Positions 1 through 11,765 of a stretch of DNA of 64,000 bases are shown one piece after another. This DNA is from an uncultured delta proteobacterium. GTDB lineage: Bacteria > Myxococcota_A > Polyangia > Polyangiales > JAFGIB01. The position numbers and the translations under genes were made by a program. Under the pieces are notes generated by a model. That model made no database searches and was not told the origin of the DNA. It was given only the letters and a program-made list of their open reading frames with translations. How positions within the stretch are numbered: the stretch's first letter is position 1; each line of letters starts with the position of its first letter. Location of the stretch: assembly GCA_963778655.1 (NCBI GenBank), contig CAVZVA010000003.1, forward strand, positions 192,001-256,000, written 5' to 3'.

Positions 1-1
1 T

Positions 2-2560
<2,559 letters not shown>

Positions 2561-2827
2561 GACAGACAACTCCTTCGAAACCGCGCATGCAGACGGCCGC
2601 TCAACGAGCGCGCTCAAACACGCCTCGCAATCCCCTGCTCGGGTCTCCCGATCGCAGCCCCGAGCGGCGGCGGGGCCGACCCGCAAGTCGAACCGAGAGA
2701 AGCGTACCTGCGCGGCTTCCTGGGTGCAAGCCAGGGTTTCGCGCCCGCGGCCTCGCGCTGGCGCCCTCGGAGCCCCCGGTTTCGCGGGATGTCAGCCGGC
2801 GCGCCAATCGGTGCGGCGCGGGCGCTC

Positions 2828-4000
2828 TCAGCACAGCTCGCGGTAGATGCCCTCGGTCTGACCCGCGACCACGTCCCAGCTGAAGCCGTAGGCCGCTTTG
2901 ACGCGGCCGCGCCCGCCCATGAAGCGCGCGCGCGCGAAGTCGCCGAAGATGGTGTTGATGCCCCAGCACACCGAGGGTGAGTTGGGGTAGACCACGAAGC
3001 CGTCTTCGCCGTGGCTGCAGAAGTCGCGCGGCCCACCGTTGCAGCTCACCACCACGGGCTTTCCGGCCGCCCAAGCCTCGAGCACCACGATGCCGAAGGG
3101 CTCGTTACGGCTCGGAACACACACCACGTCCGTGCTCTTGTAGAGGTTCAACAGATCTCCGTTTGCACTCATCGCGCCCGTGAAGCGGACCGCGTGCTGC
3201 ACCCCGAGCTGCCAAGCGCGGTGCTCGAGCTGCGGGCGCATGTCGCCGTCGCCCACGAACACGACCTTCGCGTCGGGCCGGTGCTCGAGAATGCCCGGCA
3301 CCGCCTCGAGCAGGATGTCCGGTCCCTTTTGCGCGCTCAGCCGACCGACGAACAGAGCCATCGGGTCGAGCGGTCCGATGCCATAGCTCTGGCGGCAAAT
3401 CGCCGGATCGATCGCACCGTCGAAACGGCGGCAGTCGATGCCGTTGCTCACCGCGCGCAGCTTCCAGCCCGGCACCCCGTACAGCCACTTCACCTCATCG
3501 GCGAGCGCGCCGGATACGGTGATCACGCGGTCCGCGACGTATACCCCCTCGGCCTCAACCTCGTGGATGCGCGCGGATGGACCGCCGTTGTAGCGGTTGT
3601 TGCCGCAGCGGCCGTACTCGCTGGAATGAATCGTGAGCACGGTGCGGGCGCCGCGGTCGTTCTTGACCTGGATGATGCCCTTGGCGCACAGCCAGTCGTG
3701 ACCATGCACGATGTCGAAACGCGCATCCTGGTAGGTTTCGGTCTGTGCCAGGAAGTACACGAAGGCGTTGCCCATGTTGTTCATTTCCGTCACGAAGTCC
3801 GGATGCAGCTCGATCGGACAACGGTGGTAGTGCACGCCATCGATGACGGCGTAGGCCGTCTGCCCGGCGGCAAGGCGGCAAAACACATGCACCTCGTGGC
3901 CGCGGCGCTGCAGGCCCGCCGCCAGCTCCGTCACGTGCGCCGCCTGGCCGCCCACGGCGACCGAGTGCAGGCTTTCCCATGCAAACAGCGCGATTCTCAT
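2828..4000 (-). CDS. GT4 family glycosyltransferase (probably alpha-glucan related)
   Basis: MRIALFAWESLHSVAVGG start, HGHDW, FVGRLSAQKGPD, VPSRNEPFGIVVLEAWAAG. Start set at ATG 4000 within ORF 2828..4366. Confidence 0.88.
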   Translation of the reverse strand: MRIALFAWESLHSVAVGGQAAHVTELAAGLQRRGHEVHVFCRLAAGQTAYAVIDGVHYHRCPIELHPDFVTEMNNMGNAFVYFLAQTETYQDARFDIVHGHDWLCAKGIIQVKNDRGARTVLTIHSSEYGRCGNNRYNGGPSARIHEVEAEGVYVADRVITVSGALADEVKWLYGVPGWKLRAVSNGIDCRRFDGAIDPAICRQSYGIGPLDPMALFVGRLSAQKGPDILLEAVPGILEHRPDAKVVFVGDGDMRPQLEHRAWQLGVQHAVRFTGAMSANGDLLNLYKSTDVVCVPSRNEPFGIVVLEAWAAGKPVVVSCNGGPRDFCSHGEDGFVVYPNSPSVCWGINTIFGDFARARFMGGRGRVKAAYGFSWDVVAGQTEGIYRELC

Positions 4001-4160
4001 GCGACCCCAGGGGGCGGTGGGGGGGGCGGTGCTGGCCTTTACATGCCCCCAGCAGGAGCCGTGGCAAGCGGGTCCATCGCTTGCCCAAGCGCTCACGATT
4101 GTATGACGCCTGCCAACGAGCTCTTGATCGCGGGCAAACGGCGTGCAAGGACAGCCGTGC

Positions 4161-4487
4161 ATGAGCCAGGGGGGACCCACGCCTGCCCGCCAGGGGACGC
4201 AGGACCTCGGCACCGAGCACGAGCCCGGCGAGTTGGATACGCTCGTGCCCGAGCTGCGCCATGGCCTGGCCGGCGCCTGGAGCGCGATCCGAGTCGTCCG
4301 CAACCGCGCGGCCGACGCCACTGACCGCGTGGTGCTCGATGCGGCGCTCGCGCATCTGGAGCGCATGGACCGCCAGCTGCGCCAGCTGGCGTGCCAGGCT
4401 GAGACCTGCAGCGGCCGCAGCGGCGTGCGCGAAGCCGTGCACCCACCCGTCGAGCGCGGTCAGGCTGAACGGTCTCAGAAGCGCTGA
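4161..4487 (+). CDS. small hypothetical protein resembling a stand-alone HisKA (DHp) helix pair
   Basis: LVPELRHGLAGAWSAIRVV...DRVVLDAALAHLERMDRQLRQL resembles the AHELRNPL..I / L..I...RL..L..L pattern; AAGGA upstream of ATG 4161. Confidence 0.4.
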   Translation: MSQGGPTPARQGTQDLGTEHEPGELDTLVPELRHGLAGAWSAIRVVRNRAADATDRVVLDAALAHLERMDRQLRQLACQAETCSGRSGVREAVHPPVERGQAERSQKR

Positions 4488-4858
4488 CTCGGTGAGCCCA
4501 GCCCACCGAGGGTTCTCAGCAGGCATTCGAGATCGATCGGTTTCGGTAGCACGGGGTGGCAGCTCAAGACGCCCGCCGTCCGCACCAGCGCCTCGTCGGC
4601 TCCACCTGTCATGAACAGGTAGCTGGGCTCGCGGCGCTCCCGCATCAAGCGCCGGACCAGCTCGACGCCGTTCATGTCGGGCATCAGCAGGTCGACCAGC
4701 GCCACGTCGTAGCGGAAGCTTGCGGCCCACCCGAGCGCTTGACGGCTGTCATGAGCCACCGCAACCCTGTGCCCTTCGGCACGCAGAACCTCGCCGAGGT
4801 TGTCCGCCAGCTCGCTATTGTCGTCGGCAATGAGCACGTGTCTCACGACCAACCCCAT
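4475..4858 (-). CDS. single-domain response regulator (receiver)
   Basis: VLIADDN, phosphoacceptor in LVDLLMPDMNG, FMTG and LPKPID motifs all intact. Confidence 0.88.
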   Translation of the reverse strand: MGLVVRHVLIADDNSELADNLGEVLRAEGHRVAVAHDSRQALGWAASFRYDVALVDLLMPDMNGVELVRRLMRERREPSYLFMTGGADEALVRTAGVLSCHPVLPKPIDLECLLRTLGGLGSPSQRF

Positions 4859-5099
4859 TCAGCACAGCCTACCCGAACACCGCGAATAGGCCAGCAACAA
4901 GAGAACGCGCCTTGGGCGCTTGCTCCCCAATCGCTGGGGTGGCGCACGCGCCGGAGCGAAGCCAATCCAGGCTCTCGCGCTCTTTGGAGAATACAAGGAG
5001 CGACGCGCCGGTATTCCCTCTCACTTGATCGGCCAGCGACCTGCTGGCCCGTCCAGGCCCAAAACCGCTGGTAGCGTCGAGCCGATTGGCCGATTGCGC

Positions 5100-6287
5100 T
5101 CAAACGACGAGCACGCGCTGCGCAACGAAGTCCTCGTACATACGGTCGAGCACGGACAGCCTTTCGGCCACGATCGTGTCGACCTCGGGCTCGACGTCAT
5201 GCACGGCGCAGCCGCCGGCGAGCCAGCAGCGCACGTGCACCAGCTGCGGCATGCGCACCGGCGCGCCCACGCGGCTGACCAGGTAGCATTCGGCGCCACG
5301 CAGCCCGCCCACGCGTTGCACCAGCTGCTCGGCGATCAGGCTCGCCGCGACGTTGTAGAGCTTGCCGACGTGGGAGACCGGGTTCTTGCCCGCAACCGAC
5401 TCCATCGTCATCGGCCGGTAGGGCGTGATCAACCCGTTGGCGCGATTGCCGCGGCCCGCCTCGCCGTCGTCACCGGCTTCGGCCGAGGTACCGGTGACGG
5501 TCCAGTAGATCTGCTCGCGCGCCAGATCGTCGGCGGCATTGACCTCGACCTCTGCTCCGGCGCCGAGTACGCGGGCGTCCTCGCGCAGCGCTTCGCGAGC
5601 GCCGGCGTACTGCCGCAGGCTCGCGATGTGCGCGCTGACGAACGCATCGGAGACGGTGAGCCCGACCCGCTCGCCTCGGCGGACCGCCATCACCTTGAGA
5701 TCCTCACCGCGCTCGGGGTGCGCGCGCAGCGCTTCGGGGGAGCGCAGCCCGCGCTCGGTGCGGAGCACCGTGGCTTCGAGCGGCGTCAGCGGCGCGAAGC
5801 CGGCGCCGCACGAGGTGTCGTTGGCCAGGGGCTCGCCTGCGACCTGCCGGCGCAGGAACAGCTCCACCAGGTCGGTCGAGCCCGGCCGAACGCGGCAAAA
5901 GAGCTTGACGTGGCGATCCGGGTCGAGATGGCGCAGGTGCGCGCGCAGCCACTGCTTGCAGCTCTCGAGCGCGAGCTCCTCGACCGGCACGCGCACTCCA
6001 CCCGCCTCGAAGGTGGCGCGGCCCGCCAGGTAGATCTCGATCGGCGCGGTGACCTCGCCGCCGCCGAAGGCCGGCCTGGACTGGCCGCCGACCAGCAACA
6101 CCTTGTCGACGTTGTGGTGCAAGATGACGCCGAAGCGCTCGAGATAGAAACGACAGAGCGCCACGCTCACCTCTTCGGCCAGCGCGTCGCACAGGGTGTC
6201 CGGATGCCCGAGCCCCTTACGCTCGACCATTTCCACCGGCTGCAGCTCGGGCAGCGGATCCTTTCGGGCCGTGACGACGATCTCCAT
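5100..6287 (-). CDS. methionine adenosyltransferase, archaeal-type family
   Basis: VEMVERKGLGHPDTLCDALAE, ILHHNVDK, ANDTS, TVTGTSAEAGDDGEAGRGNRANGLITPYRPM and AGKNPVSHVGKLYN match the archaeal-type SAM synthetase rather than MetK. Confidence 0.9.
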   Translation of the reverse strand: MEIVVTARKDPLPELQPVEMVERKGLGHPDTLCDALAEEVSVALCRFYLERFGVILHHNVDKVLLVGGQSRPAFGGGEVTAPIEIYLAGRATFEAGGVRVPVEELALESCKQWLRAHLRHLDPDRHVKLFCRVRPGSTDLVELFLRRQVAGEPLANDTSCGAGFAPLTPLEATVLRTERGLRSPEALRAHPERGEDLKVMAVRRGERVGLTVSDAFVSAHIASLRQYAGAREALREDARVLGAGAEVEVNAADDLAREQIYWTVTGTSAEAGDDGEAGRGNRANGLITPYRPMTMESVAGKNPVSHVGKLYNVAASLIAEQLVQRVGGLRGAECYLVSRVGAPVRMPQLVHVRCWLAGGCAVHDVEPEVDTIVAERLSVLDRMYEDFVAQRVLVV

Positions 6288-6587
6288 GAGGGCACCCCTG
6301 GCGCGGCCATCCCGCCCGCGCGGACCGGCCCGAGCACGAAATTACGCACGCGCGCGCGCCCGACCAGGCCCCTGCAGTCGTTGTGGCCGAAGACGCGGAT
6401 GCAGCAGGAAGACCGGAAGGCGGCAAGCGCCGTTGCGCCCGAACCCGTCGTGCTCCGAAAACCGTAGCGAGGCCCTGTCTTGACGCGAGCGGACCAGCAG
6501 CTCTCGTGGGTCTGAGACGCGGTCTCGCTAGGGGTTGTCTCCCGCTGCGAAACGCACTACCCAAGATCGATGCCGCGAGCCACGTCC

Positions 6588-8045
6588 ATGCCGCTCTCGA
6601 TCTGGATGGTTGCCGCGGAAGTCTCGCCGCTGGCGGAGACCGGCGGGCTCGGCGAGGTGCTGCGCGCGCTGCCGTCGGCGCTGGCGCGGCGCGGCGCACG
6701 CGCGCGCCGCTTCCTGCCGGCGTACGCGAGCATCGACCGGCAGGGCTTCGAGCCGGACGGGCCGGCATTCGCGCTCGCGCTGGGCCCGGACAGCGTGTCG
6801 GTAAGGCTGTGGTCGCGGGCCGACGCACCCGGGCTCACCACCACGCTGGTCGAGCACGATCCGGCGTTTGGCCGCGCCGGAATCTATGGCGACCGCGAGG
6901 GCGACTACCCTGACAACGCGCGCCGCTTTGCGCTGCTGTGCCGCGCGGTTTGCGCTGCCGCGCAGCGCGCGGCGGAGCCGCCGCAGATCCTGCACGCCCA
7001 CGACTGGCCCGCGGGGGCTGTGCCGCTGCTCGCCCGGCTGGGGCGCGCGGGAACGCCGCGGCCGTGCACGCTCTTCACCATCCACAACCTGTCATACCAG
7101 GGGCTGTTCGAGCCCGCTGCGCTGCGCTGGTTGGGCCTGAGCGACGACGAGGGCGCACAGGTCTACCAGCCGTTCGACGGCGTGGAGTTCTACGGGCAGC
7201 TGAGCTTCATGAAGGCGGCGCTGGTGTACGCGGACCGCATCACCACCGTGAGCCCGACGCACGCCCGCGAGATCCAGACGCCGGCATTCGGCGCCGGGCT
7301 CGACGGCCTGCTGCGCCGGCGCGCGGCCGATCTGTCGGGTGTGCTGAACGGCGCGGACTACGACAGTTGGAACCCGGCGCGCGACCCAGCGCTTCGCAAG
7401 CGTTACGACGCGACGACGGTGGCGGCGGGCAAGCGCGCAGCCGCTTCGGCGCTGCGCAGAACGCTCGCCCTGCCGCGCTCCAAGCGCCCGATCGTGGGCC
7501 TGCTCGGCCGTCTGGTCCCACAGAAGGGCGTCGACCTGGTGATCGAGGCGATCCCGAGCTTGCTGGAGCTCGGCGTCGATCTGGTGGTGCTGGGCGATGG
7601 CCTGCCCGAGCTCGCCGCGCGGCTCGAGCGCGCCCGCGCGCAGCACCCACGCCGGGTCGGGCTACGCCTGGGCTACGACCGCGCCCTGGCGCGAGTGCTG
7701 CTGGCCGGCAGCGAGCTGATGCTGATGCCGTCCCGCTACGAGCCCTGTGGCCTCACGCAGATCTACGCGATGCGCTACGGCTCGATCCCCGTCGCGCATG
7801 CGACCGGAGGCCTGTGCGACACCATCCGTGACGCCGATCGCAGCTCCGACGGCACCGGCTTTTTGTTCGAAACCGCGACCGCCGCCGAGCTCGCGCGCGG
7901 CGTGGAGCGCGCCCTCCAGTGGCGCGCGAACGCCGAGCTGTGGGATGCGCTGCGCCAGCGCGCCATGCGAGAAGACTTCTCCTGGCAAAGGGCCGCGCAA
8001 GCATATGAGCAGCTCTACGCCCTGCTCCTGCCGGAGCCACGCTGA
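6588..8045 (+). CDS. glgA: glycogen synthase (GT5)
   Basis: AAEVSPLAETGGLGEV, YPDNARRF, LHAHDW, FTIHNLSYQG, TVSPTHAREI, GRLVPQKG, MPSRYEPCGLTQIYAMRYG. Alternative start at 6570. Confidence 0.9.
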   Translation: MPLSIWMVAAEVSPLAETGGLGEVLRALPSALARRGARARRFLPAYASIDRQGFEPDGPAFALALGPDSVSVRLWSRADAPGLTTTLVEHDPAFGRAGIYGDREGDYPDNARRFALLCRAVCAAAQRAAEPPQILHAHDWPAGAVPLLARLGRAGTPRPCTLFTIHNLSYQGLFEPAALRWLGLSDDEGAQVYQPFDGVEFYGQLSFMKAALVYADRITTVSPTHAREIQTPAFGAGLDGLLRRRAADLSGVLNGADYDSWNPARDPALRKRYDATTVAAGKRAAASALRRTLALPRSKRPIVGLLGRLVPQKGVDLVIEAIPSLLELGVDLVVLGDGLPELAARLERARAQHPRRVGLRLGYDRALARVLLAGSELMLMPSRYEPCGLTQIYAMRYGSIPVAHATGGLCDTIRDADRSSDGTGFLFETATAAELARGVERALQWRANAELWDALRQRAMREDFSWQRAAQAYEQLYALLLPEPR

Positions 8046-9427
8046 TGCACGATCTCGCACGCTGGCTGCCGACGAATCTGTACGGCCTGGTAATCTCGAG
8101 CAGCGTCGCGATCGCCAGCGCGGTCGTGCTGGTGTGGGCCCGCCGGCTGGCCGGCCGCTTCATCGCGCGTCTGCCTGCGGCCGCGCCCTGGCCCCGGCTC
8201 ACCGAGGCGATGCGCTCGGCCTTGCGCCTTTCGCCGCTGTGGATCGCGCTGTTGAGCCTGTACGCGGCGCTGCTGGTCTCGCACGTACCCACGCCGCTGC
8301 GCGAGCGCATCGCCCGCTTGCTGCTGACGCTGTTCCTGCTTTCGCTCGGCGTCGCTGCGGTCCGCTTCGCGCGTCGGGCCAGCGCGGCCGTGGCGGAGCA
8401 CATCGAGCTGCCGCACGGCTGGCGGCGCACGAGCGCCTCCGTGCTGGCCTCGATCATCGGCATCATCACCGCGCTGATGCTGCTCGAGGTGTGGGGCGTT
8501 CCGACCGCGCCAATGCTGGTGGTGCTGGTACTGGTGGCGATCCTGACGCTGGTGGCGCTGCGCGACGTGTTGCCGACCCTGGTGGCCGCGTTTCAGGTGA
8601 GCGCGCTCGATCAGGTACAACCCGGAGACTACTTGAAGCTCGAGAGCGGCGAGCAGGGAACGGTCGAGCAGATCACCTGGCGCGACCTGGTGCTCAAGGG
8701 CGTCGACGGCAGCCACGTGCGCGTCCCGCTCTCGAAGGTGGTGCGCCTGCTGGTCTCGCGACGCGGGCCCGCGCCGAAGCAGGCCGAGACACCGCTGCAG
8801 TTCGTGTATCGCAGCCACCTGCGCGAGCTCACCGGCCTGCGCGCACGCAACCTGACCGAGCTGATCGACGGGTTGCGCAAGGTGCCGGACAGCTCGATCT
8901 ACTATCACACTCACGAGTATCTGGAGGAGCACCAATATCTGGTGCCTTCTCCGGCCAACGCCTTCGCCGAGTGGGTGGGCCGTTCGCTGGGGCTGGATGA
9001 GGTCGCCGAGGCGCTCGAGTCGATCAACGTGCTCGAGGTCGCCAGGTTGGCCACGTTGCGCGCGTCCATCCTGGAGGTGCTGCAGAACGCGATCGCGCAG
9101 CAAGGCGACGCACGCAGCGCGCTACCGGGGCACGAGCTGCACTTCGTCAGCTCCGTCACCTTCGTGACGCCCTGCCCCTACACCGCCTCCAACCTGAGCG
9201 AGCTCGCCGCCGTGATCCCCAGGCTCTCGCTGTCCTCGCTGTACTTCCACCTGTTCGAGGCGCGGCTGCTCGGCAGCAAGGACGCAGACAGCGACATCGC
9301 AACTTGGCTCCGCCGCCAGCTCGGCGAGAGCGAGCTGGCCGCAGAGGTCGGGCGCATGAACGCGGCCGATTATACCTTCGAGGGGCTGCGGGACGCCGTG
9401 CTCCAACGCATCGAGGCGCGACTGTGA
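8045..9427 (+). CDS. MscS-like membrane domain fused to a DUF5752-like domain
   Basis: Several TM helices, then LALRDVLPTLVAAFQV...PGDYLKL..GEQGTVEQITWR (MscS core), then ELTGLRARNLTELIDGLRKVPDSSIYYHTH and SLSSLYFHLFEARL (DUF5752-like repeats). ATG overlaps the glgA stop. Confidence 0.75.
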   Translation: MHDLARWLPTNLYGLVISSSVAIASAVVLVWARRLAGRFIARLPAAAPWPRLTEAMRSALRLSPLWIALLSLYAALLVSHVPTPLRERIARLLLTLFLLSLGVAAVRFARRASAAVAEHIELPHGWRRTSASVLASIIGIITALMLLEVWGVPTAPMLVVLVLVAILTLVALRDVLPTLVAAFQVSALDQVQPGDYLKLESGEQGTVEQITWRDLVLKGVDGSHVRVPLSKVVRLLVSRRGPAPKQAETPLQFVYRSHLRELTGLRARNLTELIDGLRKVPDSSIYYHTHEYLEEHQYLVPSPANAFAEWVGRSLGLDEVAEALESINVLEVARLATLRASILEVLQNAIAQQGDARSALPGHELHFVSSVTFVTPCPYTASNLSELAAVIPRLSLSSLYFHLFEARLLGSKDADSDIATWLRRQLGESELAAEVGRMNAADYTFEGLRDAVLQRIEARL

Positions 9428-10650
9428 CCCGGCTCGTCGATTACGATCGGATCACGGGCCGCGGCGTGATCGAGGAGCTGGAAACGCTGGCCGAGCAGGT
9501 CGCGGGCAAGACCTTCCAACACGTGAACTCGACTTACACCGGAGGCGGCGTCGCCGAGATTCTCGGTCGCATGGTGCCCTTGCTCTCGGAGCTCGGGGTG
9601 GCGGTGACCTGGTCGGTGGTGAGCGGCGACACGCCCTTCTTCGAGGCGACCAAGAAGCTGCACAACGCGCTGCACGGCCGAGGCGAGGCGCTGAACGCCG
9701 CGGAGCTGGCCGTCTACAGCGAAACCAGCGATCGACATCTGCACGAGCTGCAGACCACGGGCGACGTGATGGTGATCCACGACCCGCAGCCCTGCGCGCT
9801 GGTGCGCAAGAGGCGCCCGGAGCAACGCTGGATCTGGCGCTGTCACATCGATCTCTCACGGCCTGTCCCGGAGGCGTGGGAGGTGCTGCGCCCTCTGGTC
9901 GAGCAGTACGACGGCGCGGTGTTTTCTGCGCCGCAATTCGCACGCGAGCTGAAGGTCCGACAGTTCCTGGTCGCCCCCTCGATCGATCCCCTGAGCGAGA
10001 AGAACGGCGAGCTCTCCCCCGAAACCGTGCGAGCGGTGCTGGACCGTTACGGGGTCCCGACCGATCTGCCCCTGGTGACGCAGGTCTCGCGCTTCGACCG
10101 CTTGAAGGATCCGGTGGGCCTGATCGAGGCGTTCGAGATCGTGCGCAAGAACGTCGACTGCCGGCTGGTGCTGGCCGGCGGCACGGCCAGCGACGATCCG
10201 GAGTCGGAAGCCACGCTGGCCGAGGTGCAGGAGCGCGCGGGCAACAACCCCTTCATTCACGTGCTGCTGGTGCCCCCCAAGAGCGACCGCGAGATCAACG
10301 CGCTGCAGCGTGCCTCGGCGGTGGTGGTCCAGAAGTCGCTCGGCGAGGGCTTCGCCCTGACCGTCAGCGAGGCGCTGTGGAAGGAGCGTCCGGTCGTCGC
10401 CACCGCGGTCGGCGGCATCCCCCTGCAGATCAAGGACGGCATCACCGGGCTGCTCAGCCACGGCATCGCCGGCACCGCCCACAACATCCGCCAGCTGCTC
10501 GCGAACCCGGCCTACGCCAAGCAGCTGGCGCGCAACGGGCGCGAGCACGTGCGCCAGAACTTCCTGATCACGCGACACATGCGCGACCACCTGCTGCTCG
10601 GGCTCGCGCTGTCGCACGAAGGGGCGGTGATCCGCCTGTCGCGCCGCTGA
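9424..10650 (+). CDS. treT: trehalose synthase TreT-like GT4 glycosyltransferase
   Basis: HVNSTYTGGGVAEIL, IHDPQP, WIWRCHIDLS, PSIDPLSEKN, QVSRFDRLKDP, QKSLGEGFALTVSEALWK. GTGA overlap with the upstream stop. Confidence 0.85.
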   Translation: MTRLVDYDRITGRGVIEELETLAEQVAGKTFQHVNSTYTGGGVAEILGRMVPLLSELGVAVTWSVVSGDTPFFEATKKLHNALHGRGEALNAAELAVYSETSDRHLHELQTTGDVMVIHDPQPCALVRKRRPEQRWIWRCHIDLSRPVPEAWEVLRPLVEQYDGAVFSAPQFARELKVRQFLVAPSIDPLSEKNGELSPETVRAVLDRYGVPTDLPLVTQVSRFDRLKDPVGLIEAFEIVRKNVDCRLVLAGGTASDDPESEATLAEVQERAGNNPFIHVLLVPPKSDREINALQRASAVVVQKSLGEGFALTVSEALWKERPVVATAVGGIPLQIKDGITGLLSHGIAGTAHNIRQLLANPAYAKQLARNGREHVRQNFLITRHMRDHLLLGLALSHEGAVIRLSRR

Positions 10651-10728
10651 GCGCGCATGCGGCCGCAGGGCGCGTGGGCCCGGGGCGGGAAGCGCCCCGG
10701 GCGGGGCGGCTGGGAACGCCCGCGCGGA

Positions 10729-11571
10729 TCAGCGCACGCGCTCGCCGAGGTACTTGAGCAGGTCGATATAGGACACGATGCCCTCGAGGCGCCCGGCCGC
10801 GTCGACCACGGGCAATGCGCCGAAGCGATCGGTGAGCAACGCATCGAGCGCCTGCGCGATCGGATCGGTCCGCCGCAGCGTGCGCGGCTGCGGCGTCATC
10901 ACCTGCCTGACCTGCAGGTGCGCGACCCGCTCCGGCAGGCGCTGAACCGCCAGCGCGCGCCGCGGATCGCCGATCGCGCCGCGCACATCGCGGTCGGAGA
11001 CGATACCGATCAGGAAGCCGTCGCCGTCGACCACGCACAGGTGGCGCACGCCTGCACGGGCCATCCTCGCGACCGCCAGCATCAGCGCGTCATCGCCGTG
11101 AGCCACCACCGGCTCGCCGCTCATGATCGTGCCGACCGTGTCCTCGCCATGCTCGCCGCCGCGCGCCCGCGCTTGCTGGTGATCGGCCGGGTACTGCGCG
11201 ACGACCCCCAGCACGTCGCCGACCGTCACGATGCCGACCAGCACGCTGGCGTCGATCACCAGCAGGCAGCCGAGCTTCTTGGCGCTCAGGTCGGCCGCGG
11301 CGTCCGCGACGTCGGCCTTGGGAGAGACGTGCTCGGGCGGATGCACCATGAAATCACGCACCGGCCGCCCCATCACGCCCTGATCGCGGGCGCCCTCGTG
11401 CGCGCGCAGGATATCCCGCTCGCTGATGACCCCGCTGGCGCGACCATCCGCCGGCCGCAGCACCGGCAGGTGGCGTACCCCGTTCCACAGCATCAGCTGC
11501 CGGGCCAGCCCGAGGCTGTCGTCCTCTGCGATCGTCGTGACGTTGCGCTGCATCACGTCCTGGACCTTCAT
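10729..11571 (-). CDS. CBS-domain protein (four CBS domains)
   Basis: VQDVM, GVRHLPV..GVISERD, GCLLV..LVGIVTVGD, VRHLCVVD..GIVSDRD, FGALPVVD..LEGIVSYIDLL. Confidence 0.9.
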   Translation of the reverse strand: MKVQDVMQRNVTTIAEDDSLGLARQLMLWNGVRHLPVLRPADGRASGVISERDILRAHEGARDQGVMGRPVRDFMVHPPEHVSPKADVADAAADLSAKKLGCLLVIDASVLVGIVTVGDVLGVVAQYPADHQQARARGGEHGEDTVGTIMSGEPVVAHGDDALMLAVARMARAGVRHLCVVDGDGFLIGIVSDRDVRGAIGDPRRALAVQRLPERVAHLQVRQVMTPQPRTLRRTDPIAQALDALLTDRFGALPVVDAAGRLEGIVSYIDLLKYLGERVR

Positions 11572-11765
11572 GCTCGCATCCTCCTCGTCGCTGCGTTTGC
11601 GGGCTCCCGTGCGATCGCGGGGCCAGCGCAGAATACATACGCACCGCGGGCGTCCGCGCTAAATCAGAGCTCGCTTGATCGGTCATCCAATGGCGCCGGG
11701 CCGCCGCGGATGCGCTCCGGCGGCGCGGGCGCTCGAGCTCGCAGGGTCACGCTGGCGACCGCCGT

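Noticed and set aside
4124..4137. FNR-like TTGAT-N4-GGCAA (similar at 13213)
   Set aside because: Second half-sites are poor and the positions are inconsistent; not distinguishable from chance.
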